From an uncultured cyanobacterium (GTDB taxonomy: Bacteria; Cyanobacteriota; Cyanobacteriia; Cyanobacteriales; CAWCAG01), in assembly GCA_963803805.1 (NCBI GenBank), contig CAWDOD010000003.1, positions 96,001 through 160,000 on the forward strand: a stretch of DNA of 64,000 bases. The letters are read 5' to 3'. The notes under the pieces were generated by a model that was given only the letters and a program-made list of their open reading frames with translations, had not been told where the DNA came from and made no database searches. This document shows positions 32,732-43,167 of the stretch, in pieces (positions within the stretch are counted from its first letter, which is position 1; the number at the start of each line of letters is the position of its first letter). The position numbers and the translations under genes are program-made.

Positions 32732-32880
32732 AATTAAGGGCTAGGTTAAATAACCTATAATTTAGGCAGCAAGTTGGGGACAGGAAAATATTCATCTCAG
32801 ATGAGAACTGAATTTCTACTTTTTCTAGTCCCCATAAACTGTTTAAGCTGCTACCATAGGACTGACTTAGGAGAGCAGCA

Positions 32881-33828
32881 ATGGTGATTTTTAGGCTATA
32901 CTCAACCAGTGTTCTGGCACAAGTAAATATCGGTGGAAGTTCAGCCGTTATTCTAGGTATTGTGATTGCAGTAGCAGGAGCATTACTTTATTTCTTACGT
33001 TCCATTCGCCCGGAATTATCTAGAGATCACGACATCTTTTTTGCCGCTGTTGGCTTGTTGTGCGGCTTCATTTTGATATTCCAAGGCTGGCGACTAGACC
33101 CAATCTTGCAATTTGGCCAATTTCTTCTTACTGGCTCGACAATTTTCTTTGCTTTAGAAACAATTCGTTTGCGGGGAGTAGCAACGGAACAAGCGAGGCG
33201 AGACACGCCCATTGTAGACGATGAACGCCCCGTAAGTAGAGTTTATCGTGCTGAATTAGATGAGTTAGAACCCTACGAAGAAGAACGTTACGATAATCGT
33301 CGTTTGCGAGGTTATCAAGATCCTCGTAGCAATCGCCGTCCCCCAGCAACAGCAACCACCTCCGATTATCCTAGTCCTAGTGCTAGAGATGGTCTGGATA
33401 CTTCAGAACGGGATCGCTACAATTCTAGAGATGATTATAGAGAACGTCCCCCTAAGCGTCGCCCTCGTAAAACTCCTGTTCAAAACCCCTATGATGATTG
33501 GAGTGATGAAGCTGAGACTTGGAGGGAGCAACCAACTACTCCTCCCCAACGTCCTCCTCGCCGCCCTCGTCCTCAACAACGGCCACCGCAAGAAACCAGG
33601 AGTGAGGAAGACCGCCCTAGGCAAACAAGAAAGCGTCGTCCTCGCCCTTCTGATGTAGGTTACAAACCACTTATACCGGAAGAAGAAGTAATGCCGACCG
33701 AATATGTTGACTATCAACCCATAGATGAGTTAGACGATCAACCAAAAGACGAACCGAAAGATCGAGATGAACCTAGCGATCGCCAAGATTCAGAAGTTAA
33801 AGATAATCTTGGTAATTTTGATTATTGA
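32881..33828 (+). CDS. ycf66: Ycf66 family protein
   Basis: RPELSRDHDIFF, QGWRLDPILQFGQ; long R/P/D-rich tail. Confidence 0.9.
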   Translation: MVIFRLYSTSVLAQVNIGGSSAVILGIVIAVAGALLYFLRSIRPELSRDHDIFFAAVGLLCGFILIFQGWRLDPILQFGQFLLTGSTIFFALETIRLRGVATEQARRDTPIVDDERPVSRVYRAELDELEPYEEERYDNRRLRGYQDPRSNRRPPATATTSDYPSPSARDGLDTSERDRYNSRDDYRERPPKRRPRKTPVQNPYDDWSDEAETWREQPTTPPQRPPRRPRPQQRPPQETRSEEDRPRQTRKRRPRPSDVGYKPLIPEEEVMPTEYVDYQPIDELDDQPKDEPKDRDEPSDRQDSEVKDNLGNFDY

Positions 33829-33914
33829 GTTGCTAACGGCTAATAGCTAATGGCTTGTTGTGTTACTTCCCCTGCCTTCCCTAACTTCCCTAACTCCGAC
33901 TCCCGGCTTAAATA

Positions 33915-34472
33915 ATGCTATCGGCTTCCAATTATAAAATCTCTCGCTTGATTCCCTGGGGGATTAACTTAACCTTAATTGTGGCCCTAACAGCTTGTAA
34001 TTCTGCTGAGAGTCCTCAAAAACCGGCCACCCTCAATAGTCGTTACAATGATGAAGAGCCGGCATTAAGCGGAGATGGTCGCCTTTTAGCCTTTGTTTCT
34101 AACCGTAAAGGTCATAGCCAAATTGCCCTCTATGACTTAAAAAGAAAGCAACTCATTGACCTTCCTGGTTTAAATGAGGATAATACCATTACCCAGAATC
34201 CAAGTTTAAGTCTAACTGGCCGTTATATAGTTTATATTGCTAGCGACGGTGGCCGTCCTACCATATATCTTTATGACCGCATAACCGAAAAATCCGAAGT
34301 TCTTAGCCGCAACTATCGTAGTTGGGTACGCAACCCCCACATAAGTCCTGAAGGACGTTATATAGTATTTGAATCTGCACGTCGAGGTCAATGGGATATT
34401 GAAATTCTTGATCGAGGTCCTGATATTGAATTAGATATTATTGATGGAACCTCTATTACTGGACCAGAATAA
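33915..34472 (+). CDS. TolB-like (PD40) lipoprotein 1
   Basis: Lipobox LTAC; three P-x-x-S-x-x-GR-type repeats. Confidence 0.85.
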   Translation: MLSASNYKISRLIPWGINLTLIVALTACNSAESPQKPATLNSRYNDEEPALSGDGRLLAFVSNRKGHSQIALYDLKRKQLIDLPGLNEDNTITQNPSLSLTGRYIVYIASDGGRPTIYLYDRITEKSEVLSRNYRSWVRNPHISPEGRYIVFESARRGQWDIEILDRGPDIELDIIDGTSITGPE

Positions 34473-34496
34473 TCAAGGTAATAAGTAACACTGCCA

Positions 34497-35003
34497 ATGT
34501 CCTCCAAATATCTACTTCTCGTCGTTCTCAGCAGCTTACTAACTAGCTGTGGAAGTTACCCCCGCTTACTTAATTCTCCTTTTGATTCTGGGGGACGTAG
34601 CTTAAATAGTCCGGCGGCTGAACTAGAACCAATAATTGCTGCTAATTATATTGTCTTTGTTTCTGATCGAGGTGGTTCTCAGGATATTTATCTTTATAAT
34701 ACTGCTCAAAAAAAACTAGTTAACTTACCAGGACTTAATTCTTTAGATGCGATCGCCTCTCATCCTTCAGTATCTGAAGATGGTCGCTACATTGTGTTTA
34801 CTGCCAGTCGCCAAGGTAACAGAGGAGTTTATCTTTATGACAGGGAAACTACTCAAAGCCGCAATCTTACCAATAATTTAGCAGCAGAAGTACGTAACCC
34901 TTCTATTAGTGCTGATGGTTCTACTATCGCCTTTGAAGCGAATACTGACGGTCAATGGGATATTTTAGTTTATGAAAGTTCTGGAAAGCCTATAGATCAA
35001 TGA
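34497..35003 (+). CDS. TolB-like (PD40) lipoprotein 2
   Basis: Lipobox LTSC; PSVSEDGRY, PSISADG, GQWDI. Confidence 0.85.
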   Translation: MSSKYLLLVVLSSLLTSCGSYPRLLNSPFDSGGRSLNSPAAELEPIIAANYIVFVSDRGGSQDIYLYNTAQKKLVNLPGLNSLDAIASHPSVSEDGRYIVFTASRQGNRGVYLYDRETTQSRNLTNNLAAEVRNPSISADGSTIAFEANTDGQWDILVYESSGKPIDQ

Positions 35004-35104
35004 TCACTTAGCAGTTATCAATGGGCGGCTTGCTGTTGTGGTTAGGAATCAGTTATCAGTGTAGAGATTGCTGTTTTTGCTAAATCGTTGGTTTTTCTTC
35101 TTTG

Positions 35105-35608
35105 ATGATCAAAAGCAAAGTTTTAATCTGCTTACTACTTGTTTTAACTATTAGTAGCTGTACTAATGGCTTATTTGTTTCGCCGCAAATTCCTACTGGG
35201 GGAATAAATAGTCGCTTTCCAGATGAGTATCCTAGTTATAGCGGCGATGGTCGCTATCTTGCCTTTGCTTCGGATCGTCAGGGTCATAGAGATATTTACC
35301 TGTACGATAATCAAAGACGCACCTTAGTTGCCCTACCTAATCTCAATCATCGCAACTCTAGTCAAGACCAACCTGCCTTAAGTAATAAGGGGCGCTACAT
35401 CGCCTACGTTTCTACAGAAAGGGGCAAAACAGATATTTTCGTTTATGACCGCAACAGCCAAAGATCCCAGCTTTTAAGCGCCAATATTCGCGGTTCTGTA
35501 CGACATCCTACTATCGCTGGGAATGGTAGTTCTATAGCTTTTCAAACTAGTCAGTTGGGTCAATGGAATATTGCCATTGTAGAAAGAAATATCTCCCCAG
35601 AACAATAG
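35105..35608 (+). CDS. TolB-like (PD40) lipoprotein 3
   Basis: Lipobox ISSC; PSYSGDGRY, PALSNKGRY, GQWNI. Confidence 0.85.
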   Translation: MIKSKVLICLLLVLTISSCTNGLFVSPQIPTGGINSRFPDEYPSYSGDGRYLAFASDRQGHRDIYLYDNQRRTLVALPNLNHRNSSQDQPALSNKGRYIAYVSTERGKTDIFVYDRNSQRSQLLSANIRGSVRHPTIAGNGSSIAFQTSQLGQWNIAIVERNISPEQ

Positions 35609-35765
35609 TTTGGGACTACTAGGATATATGAGTTAAATTAGATACTAATGGGTATCATTCTGTGATTGTTAACTAAAATCTTTTTCAGCATCAAAATTAA
35701 AAACTGGGAGTATATACTACCAACCAAGACTTCATCAAAGCGGTAGGGAGTAGAATTTTTTTGCC

Positions 35766-37196
35766 ATGAAAAGCAAGACTAAAAGTTTGGTTATTTTTGT
35801 CACTACCATCGGTTTTAGCCTTAGCAGTGGGATTATTCCCCTTAGCTTTCTTAACAACCAGCAACCAGCATTAGCTCAAAATAGAGACGAACAAACTAAT
35901 ATTCGTGTCTATGAAATAGCTAGTCCGGCGGTAGTTTCTGTTGAAACAGGGGATGGTAATGGTAGTGGTAGTATCATTACTTCCGATGGTTTAATACTTA
36001 CCAATGCTCATGTTGTCGAAGGTTATACAACTGCAACGGTTATTTTGGCTGATCAGCGGCGTTTAGATGCAGATGTGGTCGGTTTCGGAGAAAATGGGCT
36101 TGATCTGGCTGTTTTGAAAATTAGAGGGGTAACCAATCTGCCAACAATTAAATTAGCTGGAGAGAATTCAATCAAAGTAGGTCAAAGGGCTTTTGCTATT
36201 GGCAATCCTTTCGGACGCTTTCAAGGCACTTTTACCACCGGAATTGTTAGTCGTATTGATAGCGATCGCGGTTTAATTCAAACTGACGCAGCGATTAATC
36301 CCGGTAATTCTGGTGGCCCTCTCCTTAATTCTCAAGGGGAGTTAATTGGGGTCAATACAGCTATTTTTACTGGTAGTAGTGGTTCAGGCAATATTGGTAT
36401 TGGTTTCGCCATTGCTATACAAAGAGTAGAACCATTTTTAACTGCTGTACGTTCAGGTAATGCCCCTCGTAACACTCCCCAATCTAGGATAGCAAGGAAT
36501 AGCAATACTCCTGTTCCGCAAAACTTACCTCTCAATGGTGCAGCAATCCCCGGCAGATTAGACCAAGGGGATAATGTTTTACCTGATAATAGTTTTTTTG
36601 ATGCCTATATTTTTGAAGGGCAAGCAGGGGCGCAAATTAAAATTGATATGGCAAGCCGTGAGATAGATCCCTATCTAATTTTAATTGGTCCGGGAGGAGT
36701 GAAAGTCTCTGAAGATGATGATGGTGCAGGGGACAATAACGCGCGTATTCAAACGAGTCTGCCTGTCAACGGAACTTATTTATTAATGGCTAACTCCTAC
36801 GAACCAGGAGAGTCAGGAAGCTACAATTTAACAGCAAGGTCTGATAATAATAGTGCTATCAATCCTCCTAGAAGCAGCGGTTATCTTTTACAAGAAAGAG
36901 GTATTTTAGGCCCTGGGGCATTGATTTTGCCTTCTGATGGTAGTTTATACCAAACCCATACTTTTAACGGTCGTGCAGGTCAGTTTGTGGAACTTAAACT
37001 GGAAAGTAGCGATTTTGATACCTATTTAATTCTTCTTGATCCTCAAGGTAATAAGTTAGCTGAAAATGATGATCTTAATGACAGTAATAGTGATTCTGGT
37101 TTGAGCATTACTTTACCCGTCAATGGTAGTTATCAGGTAATTGTTAATTCCTATGATAGTAATGGCCGTGGGCGTTATTTTTTAACGGTACGTTGA
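35766..37196 (+). CDS. Secreted HtrA-type trypsin-like serine protease with two PPC domains
   Basis: Signal peptide; LTNAHV, DLAVLK, INPGNSGGP triad; two DxY/F.F.G.AG...DPYL-type repeats instead of a PDZ domain. Confidence 0.88.
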   Translation: MKSKTKSLVIFVTTIGFSLSSGIIPLSFLNNQQPALAQNRDEQTNIRVYEIASPAVVSVETGDGNGSGSIITSDGLILTNAHVVEGYTTATVILADQRRLDADVVGFGENGLDLAVLKIRGVTNLPTIKLAGENSIKVGQRAFAIGNPFGRFQGTFTTGIVSRIDSDRGLIQTDAAINPGNSGGPLLNSQGELIGVNTAIFTGSSGSGNIGIGFAIAIQRVEPFLTAVRSGNAPRNTPQSRIARNSNTPVPQNLPLNGAAIPGRLDQGDNVLPDNSFFDAYIFEGQAGAQIKIDMASREIDPYLILIGPGGVKVSEDDDGAGDNNARIQTSLPVNGTYLLMANSYEPGESGSYNLTARSDNNSAINPPRSSGYLLQERGILGPGALILPSDGSLYQTHTFNGRAGQFVELKLESSDFDTYLILLDPQGNKLAENDDLNDSNSDSGLSITLPVNGSYQVIVNSYDSNGRGRYFLTVR

Positions 37197-37243
37197 AAAA
37201 TTTTCTATATTAGTTATGTCAGAGATACACTGAATTGGGATAA

Positions 37244-37852
37244 ATGATAAATGAAAAAAGCTTAATTGTTTTTAGCCGTTATCCTGAACCAGGAAAGACT
37301 AAAACCCGTATGATTCCCGCTTTAGGTGCAGAGGGTGCAGCACAGTTACAGAAGAAAATGACAGAGGATACTTTGGCTGAAGCAAGAAAGTTGCTAGATG
37401 ATCATGCTACCAAAGTAACCGTTTTTTTTGCAGGAGGGAATCAACAATTAATGCAAAAATGGTTGGGTGCAGATTGGATTTATCAACCTCAAACCGAAGG
37501 AGATTTAGGGGTAAAGATGCACTCAGCATTCCAAACATCTTTTGATGAAGGTAGTAATAAAGTCGTAATTATTGGTATTGATTGCCCCGATCTAAATGCT
37601 CAATTGCTAACAGAATCTTTTCAACTTTTAACCGAGAAAGATTTGGTTTTAGGTCCTGCTCAAGATGGTGGTTATTATTTAATTGGTTTGCGTTATTTAA
37701 TTCCAGAACTATTACAAAACATTAGTTGGGGAACTTCCCAAGTTTTTGCACAAACAACAGCGATCGCAACTCAACTCAACCTAGCAACAGCTTATCTTCC
37801 TATCTTAAATGACATAGATCGTCCTGAAGACCTTTTAATCATTGATTACTGA
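37244..37852 (+). CDS. DUF2064/TIGR04282-type glycosyltransferase-like protein
   Basis: RYPEPGKTKTR, GDLG, IGIDCP, LGPAQDGGYYLIG, DIDRPED. Confidence 0.85.
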   Translation: MINEKSLIVFSRYPEPGKTKTRMIPALGAEGAAQLQKKMTEDTLAEARKLLDDHATKVTVFFAGGNQQLMQKWLGADWIYQPQTEGDLGVKMHSAFQTSFDEGSNKVVIIGIDCPDLNAQLLTESFQLLTEKDLVLGPAQDGGYYLIGLRYLIPELLQNISWGTSQVFAQTTAIATQLNLATAYLPILNDIDRPEDLLIIDY

Positions 37853-37970
37853 TGCTTAACGGCAACGGCAAGCCGTACATTGAAAATTGCTCATTAGTTT
37901 GACAGGTTGTCTTTTGCCTTTACTGAGAAAGTCAAGGAAAATATCTCTACCTTTTTAAACTTGACACAGG

Positions 37971-39218
37971 ATGAGCTATTTGATGTTGAAATGGAAGTTT
38001 TGCCAAGGGAACTTACTCCTAATTACTCTGGTTTGCCTACCTTTAGCCGCAAGATCTGAAACAGAAGAAAATATTGTTAGTATTTGCCAAGCAACTAGAC
38101 AACCTGCGGATCTAGATTGTTTGGTTGCTGAAGAAATTATCCCTAATGAATCCCTAGCTAAACTTCCAGAAGAGTTAAGTGAAGCAATTACAATCCAAAA
38201 TGATTTACCTCCTTCAATAATAAATGATCACAGGGAAGAATTACTTGCTGATAGTGATGGAGAGGTTAAAGAGGGAGATTGGTCTTCCGCTAGACCGGAT
38301 GGCCATGCACCTATTGGCGTAATGGGGGATCATGTTCATAAAGCTGGGGAAGTGATGCTTTCCTATCGCTATATGTTTATGGAAATGGATGGTAACAGAG
38401 ACGGTACTAACGATTTAACAGATGGCGAAGTCTTGCAACAATTCATGGTGACTCCTAAGAGGATGACTATGGAGATGCACATGGTGGGGGGGATGTATGC
38501 ACCGACGGATGACTTAACTTTGATGGCGATGATTCCTTTTGTTTCTTTGGAGATGGATCACGTTACTCGTTCAGGAAGGACTTTTACAACTAATTCTGGA
38601 GGTATTGGCGATGTTAAGTTAGGCGGTTTGTATAATATTATGCGCCAAGATAACCAGCGTATTCACCTTAATTTAGGGGTAAGTATTCCTACAGGTTCTA
38701 TTGAAGAAGAAGATGTTACCCCAGCTTCTGCCCCCAATGAGACGATTTTACCCTATCCAATGCAAATTGGTTCTGGTACTTTTGACCTGCTACCGGGTAT
38801 TACTTATTTGGGGCAAACCGATAGTTTATCTTGGGGTGGTCAGTTTAATACAGTGTTACGTTTAGGGGAAAATAGTAACAACTATACTTTGGGCAATCAA
38901 TATGCGTTAACTGGCTGGATTGCGAAGAATTGGACAGATTGGTTAAGTACTTCTATTCGGTTAAACGGTAAAACTTGGGGGAATATAGATGGGGCAGATT
39001 CTCGCTTGAATCCCCGCATGATTCCTACCGCAGACCCTGATAGGAGGGGTGGTACACGCCTTGATTTAGGTTTTGGTTTGAATCTCTACGCACCTCAAGG
39101 CGGGCTTAAGGGTGGGCGTTTAGCCGTGGAGTTTGAGTTGCCGATTTACCAATCCTTAGAAGGGCCACAATTGGAAACCGATTGGCAGTTAACCCTTGGG
39201 GCGCAGTATGCTTTTTGA
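37971..39218 (+). CDS. Putative outer-membrane beta-barrel transporter with His/Met-rich motif
   Basis: Signal peptide, RPDGHAPIGVMGDHVHKAGEVMLSYRYM, amphipathic strands, C-terminal Phe. Confidence 0.7.
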   Translation: MSYLMLKWKFCQGNLLLITLVCLPLAARSETEENIVSICQATRQPADLDCLVAEEIIPNESLAKLPEELSEAITIQNDLPPSIINDHREELLADSDGEVKEGDWSSARPDGHAPIGVMGDHVHKAGEVMLSYRYMFMEMDGNRDGTNDLTDGEVLQQFMVTPKRMTMEMHMVGGMYAPTDDLTLMAMIPFVSLEMDHVTRSGRTFTTNSGGIGDVKLGGLYNIMRQDNQRIHLNLGVSIPTGSIEEEDVTPASAPNETILPYPMQIGSGTFDLLPGITYLGQTDSLSWGGQFNTVLRLGENSNNYTLGNQYALTGWIAKNWTDWLSTSIRLNGKTWGNIDGADSRLNPRMIPTADPDRRGGTRLDLGFGLNLYAPQGGLKGGRLAVEFELPIYQSLEGPQLETDWQLTLGAQYAF

Positions 39219-39231
39219 GGTGGTGTTTGTA

Positions 39232-40449
39232 TCAAGCGCTTCTTAAAGCAACAATCGGATCAAGTTTTGCTGCCTGCCTTGCGGGGACAACACCAAAAAA
39301 CAAGCCAATTCCTCCTGAAACCCCTACAGCAAGGGCGATGGCAACGGGAGAGATCCCCGCTTGTAAAGGAGTAACCGCACCAATCAAAACTACACCACCA
39401 ACACCAATTAAAGTACCAATTACTCCCCCAGCAGCAGAGAGGATTACAGCTTCAATTAAAAATTGAATTAAAATATCTTTTTGCTGTGCGCCAAGGGCTT
39501 TGCGTAAACCAATTTCTTGGGTACGTTCAGTCACAGAAACGAGCATAATATTCATAACACCGATGCCCCCAACTAAAAGAGAAATTCCGGCGATCGCCGC
39601 TAATAATAAAGTTAATGCTCCGGTGATTGTACCAGCAATTTGCAGGATATCTTTTTGAGTTTGAATACCAAAATCATCTTCTCCGGTAATCTTATGACGC
39701 TGACGTAATAAGTTGGTGATTTGAAACTTGGCAGCGCTGATACTTTCTTCATTAAGAGCAGAAATAGAAATCACACTAACTTCTGTACCATAAGGAGAAG
39801 TTCTACCAACAATTTGATTAGCTACTGTGGTTAAAGGAATAAAAACACTATCATCTTGATTAGTACCAAAAAAGGAACCTTTGCCCTTCATTACCCCAAT
39901 AATTTCTAAACTAATATTTTTGACTCTTAGCTGTTTACCTAAAGGATTTTCTTCTCCAAAAAACCTTTCAGCTATTTCAGCCCCTAAAACCACAACTCGT
40001 TTATTTCCTGTCACATCTAATTCGTTAATAAATCTCCCCTTAGCAACATCAAAACTCCTCACAGTCAAAAATTCTGGCGTTACCCCCAAAACCAAAGTAT
40101 CTTTGTTATTTGCTTTATAAGTCGCGACCGCTCTAGTATTAATTTGTGGCGAAACTTCATCAATAGCCCTAGCTTGAGAAGCGATCGCTTTAGCATCTTC
40201 TAAGACTAAAGTTTTGGGTAAATCAAAGGTTGTTTGACGAGCCTCTCTAGAACCAGGAATAATAAATAAAACGTTAGGACCAAGGGACTCAAACTGTTCT
40301 GAAGCCAATTTTTGCGCTCCTTGACCAATACCAACCATAGCAATTACCGAAGCGTTACCAATAATAATTCCCAGCATAGTTAAACTGCTACGCAATTTAT
40401 TAGCAACTAAAGTTGTACTAGCCATTTTCAGGCTTTCAAAAATATCCAT
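39232..40449 (-). CDS. MacB/FtsX-type ABC permease
   Basis: RSSLTMLGIIIG, GGIGVMNIMLVSVTERTQEIGLRKALGA, LDPIVALR. Confidence 0.93.
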   Translation of the reverse strand: MDIFESLKMASTTLVANKLRSSLTMLGIIIGNASVIAMVGIGQGAQKLASEQFESLGPNVLFIIPGSREARQTTFDLPKTLVLEDAKAIASQARAIDEVSPQINTRAVATYKANNKDTLVLGVTPEFLTVRSFDVAKGRFINELDVTGNKRVVVLGAEIAERFFGEENPLGKQLRVKNISLEIIGVMKGKGSFFGTNQDDSVFIPLTTVANQIVGRTSPYGTEVSVISISALNEESISAAKFQITNLLRQRHKITGEDDFGIQTQKDILQIAGTITGALTLLLAAIAGISLLVGGIGVMNIMLVSVTERTQEIGLRKALGAQQKDILIQFLIEAVILSAAGGVIGTLIGVGGVVLIGAVTPLQAGISPVAIALAVGVSGGIGLFFGVVPARQAAKLDPIVALRSA

Positions 40450-40514
40450 TGATCATTTATCATTAAACGTTTTAAAACTGGCATAAGACCATAGAATCAA
40501 TTCTTACTTACTAC

Positions 40515-41945
40515 CTATTCTCCAATTTCTTTCCGGTCTTCCGGCTGATCAATATAAACTCTTGCTCCTTTTTTAATACCAGATAAAATTTGAGTTTGAT
40601 CATCGATAGTGATACCCGTAGTTACAGGTTTAAATTCTGACTTTTTATCATTAAGAGGAACATAAACTCCAGTTTTTCCTCCCTCTGTCACAATTGCCAC
40701 TGTAGGAACTACCAAAGCCTCCTCAATTTCTTCCCCTAAAAAAGTCACATCTACATTCATTCCTGACTTGAGTTCTTCTTGCCCTGCCAATAAATTTATT
40801 TTGACTTGAAAAGAAGTAACATTTTGCTCTTCAATCGCTTCAGGAGCAACTAACTTAACTCTGCCTTGAAAAACCTGATCAGGATAAGCATCAGCAACAA
40901 CTTCTACAGGTTGCCCTAGCTTTAATTGCCCAACATCTACTTCAGGAACCTTAGCTGTAACCTCCAAACCCTTAGCTAAGGCAATAACCGATGTTGAGGT
41001 GGCCGAAGCTGTACTAGAAGCGGAGGTGGTAGGGGTGACAAAAGAGCCTTCTGTGGCGTATTTCTGGGTTATGATGCCATCAAAAGGAGCTTTAAGGAGT
41101 GTATCATCCAAATTCACTTTAGCTGCCTGTACTTGAGCCTGAGCCGCTTCAGCCGCAGCTTGAAATTGAGCCACTTCTTCGGCGCGGCTGCCTTTTTCTA
41201 ACTCTTCTAAAGCAGCCCTTGCTTCTGCTACTTGGGCTTCTAATTGGCTGATTTCTGGTGCTTCGGTTCTTTTTTCTTGTTGAAGTCGCCTTTGAGCTTC
41301 ATCTAAAGATGCCTTGGCATTACGATATTCAGTGAAGGTTTCTTGGTATTGATCTTCCGAGATCGCCCCCTGTTGCCATAAAGTTTGGTAGCGTTTGGTG
41401 CGCTCTTCGGCTAAATCTAACCTTGCGCTAGCTGCTTCAATCTGGGACTCCCCTTGGGCAATTTGTTCAGGGTTAGAAAGCGTAGCTTCCTGTAAGCGAG
41501 ACTCCGCCTGTGCTAAACGCGCTCTTCCTTGGAGAATATCCCCTTTGCGATTACCAGCCAAGGCTTCATCTAATCTGGCTTTAGCTTGTTTATAATCAGC
41601 CTGGGCGCGAGCATACTGAGCTTGTAAGTCCTTATTTTCCATAATGGCTAGAACTTGCCCCTGCCGAACTTTCTGCCCCTGCTCAACTAAAAGTTCCCTC
41701 AACCTACCAGGATTTTTAGGGCTAATATTGACACTTTGAATCGGTTCTACTTTGCCACTAGCCGGGATACGTAAAGTGAGGTCTTTTGCTTCTACTGGTA
41801 CAGTTAATTCTTCTAATTCTTGTTTAGGGCGACTACTATTAATAGCTAAATAGCCAAGGCTACCAAAGATTAAAGTACTTGCAGTTGCTAGTCCTATCCC
41901 CCAACGTAAAGGTCGTTTAACTTTACCAAATAACGGAATTTCCAT
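40515..41945 (-). CDS. Efflux periplasmic adaptor (MacA/HlyD type)
   Basis: N-terminal TM, LLVEQGQKV lipoyl half, coiled coil, APFDGII, LKSGM. Confidence 0.9.
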   Translation of the reverse strand: MEIPLFGKVKRPLRWGIGLATASTLIFGSLGYLAINSSRPKQELEELTVPVEAKDLTLRIPASGKVEPIQSVNISPKNPGRLRELLVEQGQKVRQGQVLAIMENKDLQAQYARAQADYKQAKARLDEALAGNRKGDILQGRARLAQAESRLQEATLSNPEQIAQGESQIEAASARLDLAEERTKRYQTLWQQGAISEDQYQETFTEYRNAKASLDEAQRRLQQEKRTEAPEISQLEAQVAEARAALEELEKGSRAEEVAQFQAAAEAAQAQVQAAKVNLDDTLLKAPFDGIITQKYATEGSFVTPTTSASSTASATSTSVIALAKGLEVTAKVPEVDVGQLKLGQPVEVVADAYPDQVFQGRVKLVAPEAIEEQNVTSFQVKINLLAGQEELKSGMNVDVTFLGEEIEEALVVPTVAIVTEGGKTGVYVPLNDKKSEFKPVTTGITIDDQTQILSGIKKGARVYIDQPEDRKEIGE

Positions 41946-42169
41946 ATTTTTAGCGATTGTTGTTCAAGTATCGCTTCTGTAATCATCCTCATCTCTCTAG
42001 CATAACCAAAATGGTCTTGGGACATTTATCAAGGGCAACCCAAGTTAAATTCTGATTCGTCGATAATACCTGGAAAACCGGTCGCCCCTACAATGATTAT
42101 TGATTGTTGGTCACTAACCATTGATAACCGACTGTACTAGGATATTGTTAATGATTATGAGGCGGCACC

Positions 42170-43048
42170 GTGCCTAAAAGTAACTGGTTATTTTCTTTTC
42201 TTGCTGGCGTAACTTCTTTAGGAAGTCTAGCGTTACCAGCTTCTGGACAGGCTCTTTTGCCTTATACCTTAGAGCTTGATTCAGAACAGCTTGAACAACA
42301 AGGTTTAAATTTGGTTCAGGATGCGGTGCAATTGGTAAGGTTTCAGCAATATGAACTAGCTTTACCAAGAGCAAAGTTAGCTACTCAAGTAGCTCCTGAT
42401 AATTTTCAAACTTGGTTTGTTCTAGGCAGTTTATACTTACAAAATGAAGAGGCAGATAAAGCTATTGAAAGCTTACAAATATCTCGCTCTCTGGCTCCGG
42501 CAGAAGAATCTGGTATTCTCTTTACCCTTGGTTCAGCTTATTTTCAAAAGGGAAATTATCAGGCTGCTATAGAGAATATCGAAAAAGGTTTGGAAGTAGA
42601 GCCAAATGCGGTGGAAGCTTTATTCGATTTGGGTAACTCTTACTTAATGCTCAAAAATTACTCCAAAGCCTTAAGTAGCTATGAACAGGCATACAACAAA
42701 GAACAAAAATTCTGGCCTGCAATTAATAATATCGGCTTGGTTAAATATGAACAAGGGGATGTCACCGGAGCTATTGAAGAATGGGAAAAAGTCTTAGAAA
42801 TAGAGTCTGAGGCCGCAGAACCTCAGTTAGCGATCGCTGTTGCTTGGTATACCCACAAAGCAGACAAGAAAGCTAGCGGCTTAGCTTTAGGTAAAGCGGC
42901 TTTAAACCAAGACAATCGCTATGGAGATTTGGACTTTCTTAAGCAAAATCTTTGGGGAGAGCAACTTTTAGTAGATACAGCAAGATTTTTAGCTGATCCT
43001 CAAGTTGAAGCACTCGTACCTCAAACTCCTTTGCTTGACCAAAGATAA
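42170..43048 (+). CDS. TPR repeat protein
   Basis: Signal-like N-terminus; repeated LG..Y...G.Y..A TPR pattern. Confidence 0.85.
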   Translation: MPKSNWLFSFLAGVTSLGSLALPASGQALLPYTLELDSEQLEQQGLNLVQDAVQLVRFQQYELALPRAKLATQVAPDNFQTWFVLGSLYLQNEEADKAIESLQISRSLAPAEESGILFTLGSAYFQKGNYQAAIENIEKGLEVEPNAVEALFDLGNSYLMLKNYSKALSSYEQAYNKEQKFWPAINNIGLVKYEQGDVTGAIEEWEKVLEIESEAAEPQLAIAVAWYTHKADKKASGLALGKAALNQDNRYGDLDFLKQNLWGEQLLVDTARFLADPQVEALVPQTPLLDQR

Positions 43049-43129
43049 GCGTTGGTGTAGAAAGAGAAAATTGTCTCCTTCTTGCCAAAACCACCAATAC
43101 ATAGTACATATGTATTTAAAGGGAATAAC

Positions 43130-43167
43130 AGCGAATACCAGAGCTTTTCAGCCAAGGTATTCGCTGA
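43130..43167. terminator. Hairpin between convergent genes
   Basis: Perfect 11-bp stem CAGCGAATACC...GGTATTCGCTG. Confidence 0.55.

Noticed and set aside
37880..37970. Zur/Fur box or cobalamin riboswitch before the barrel gene
   Set aside because: Only a weak TGAAAATT half match, within repeat-derived DNA; no riboswitch core motifs seen.
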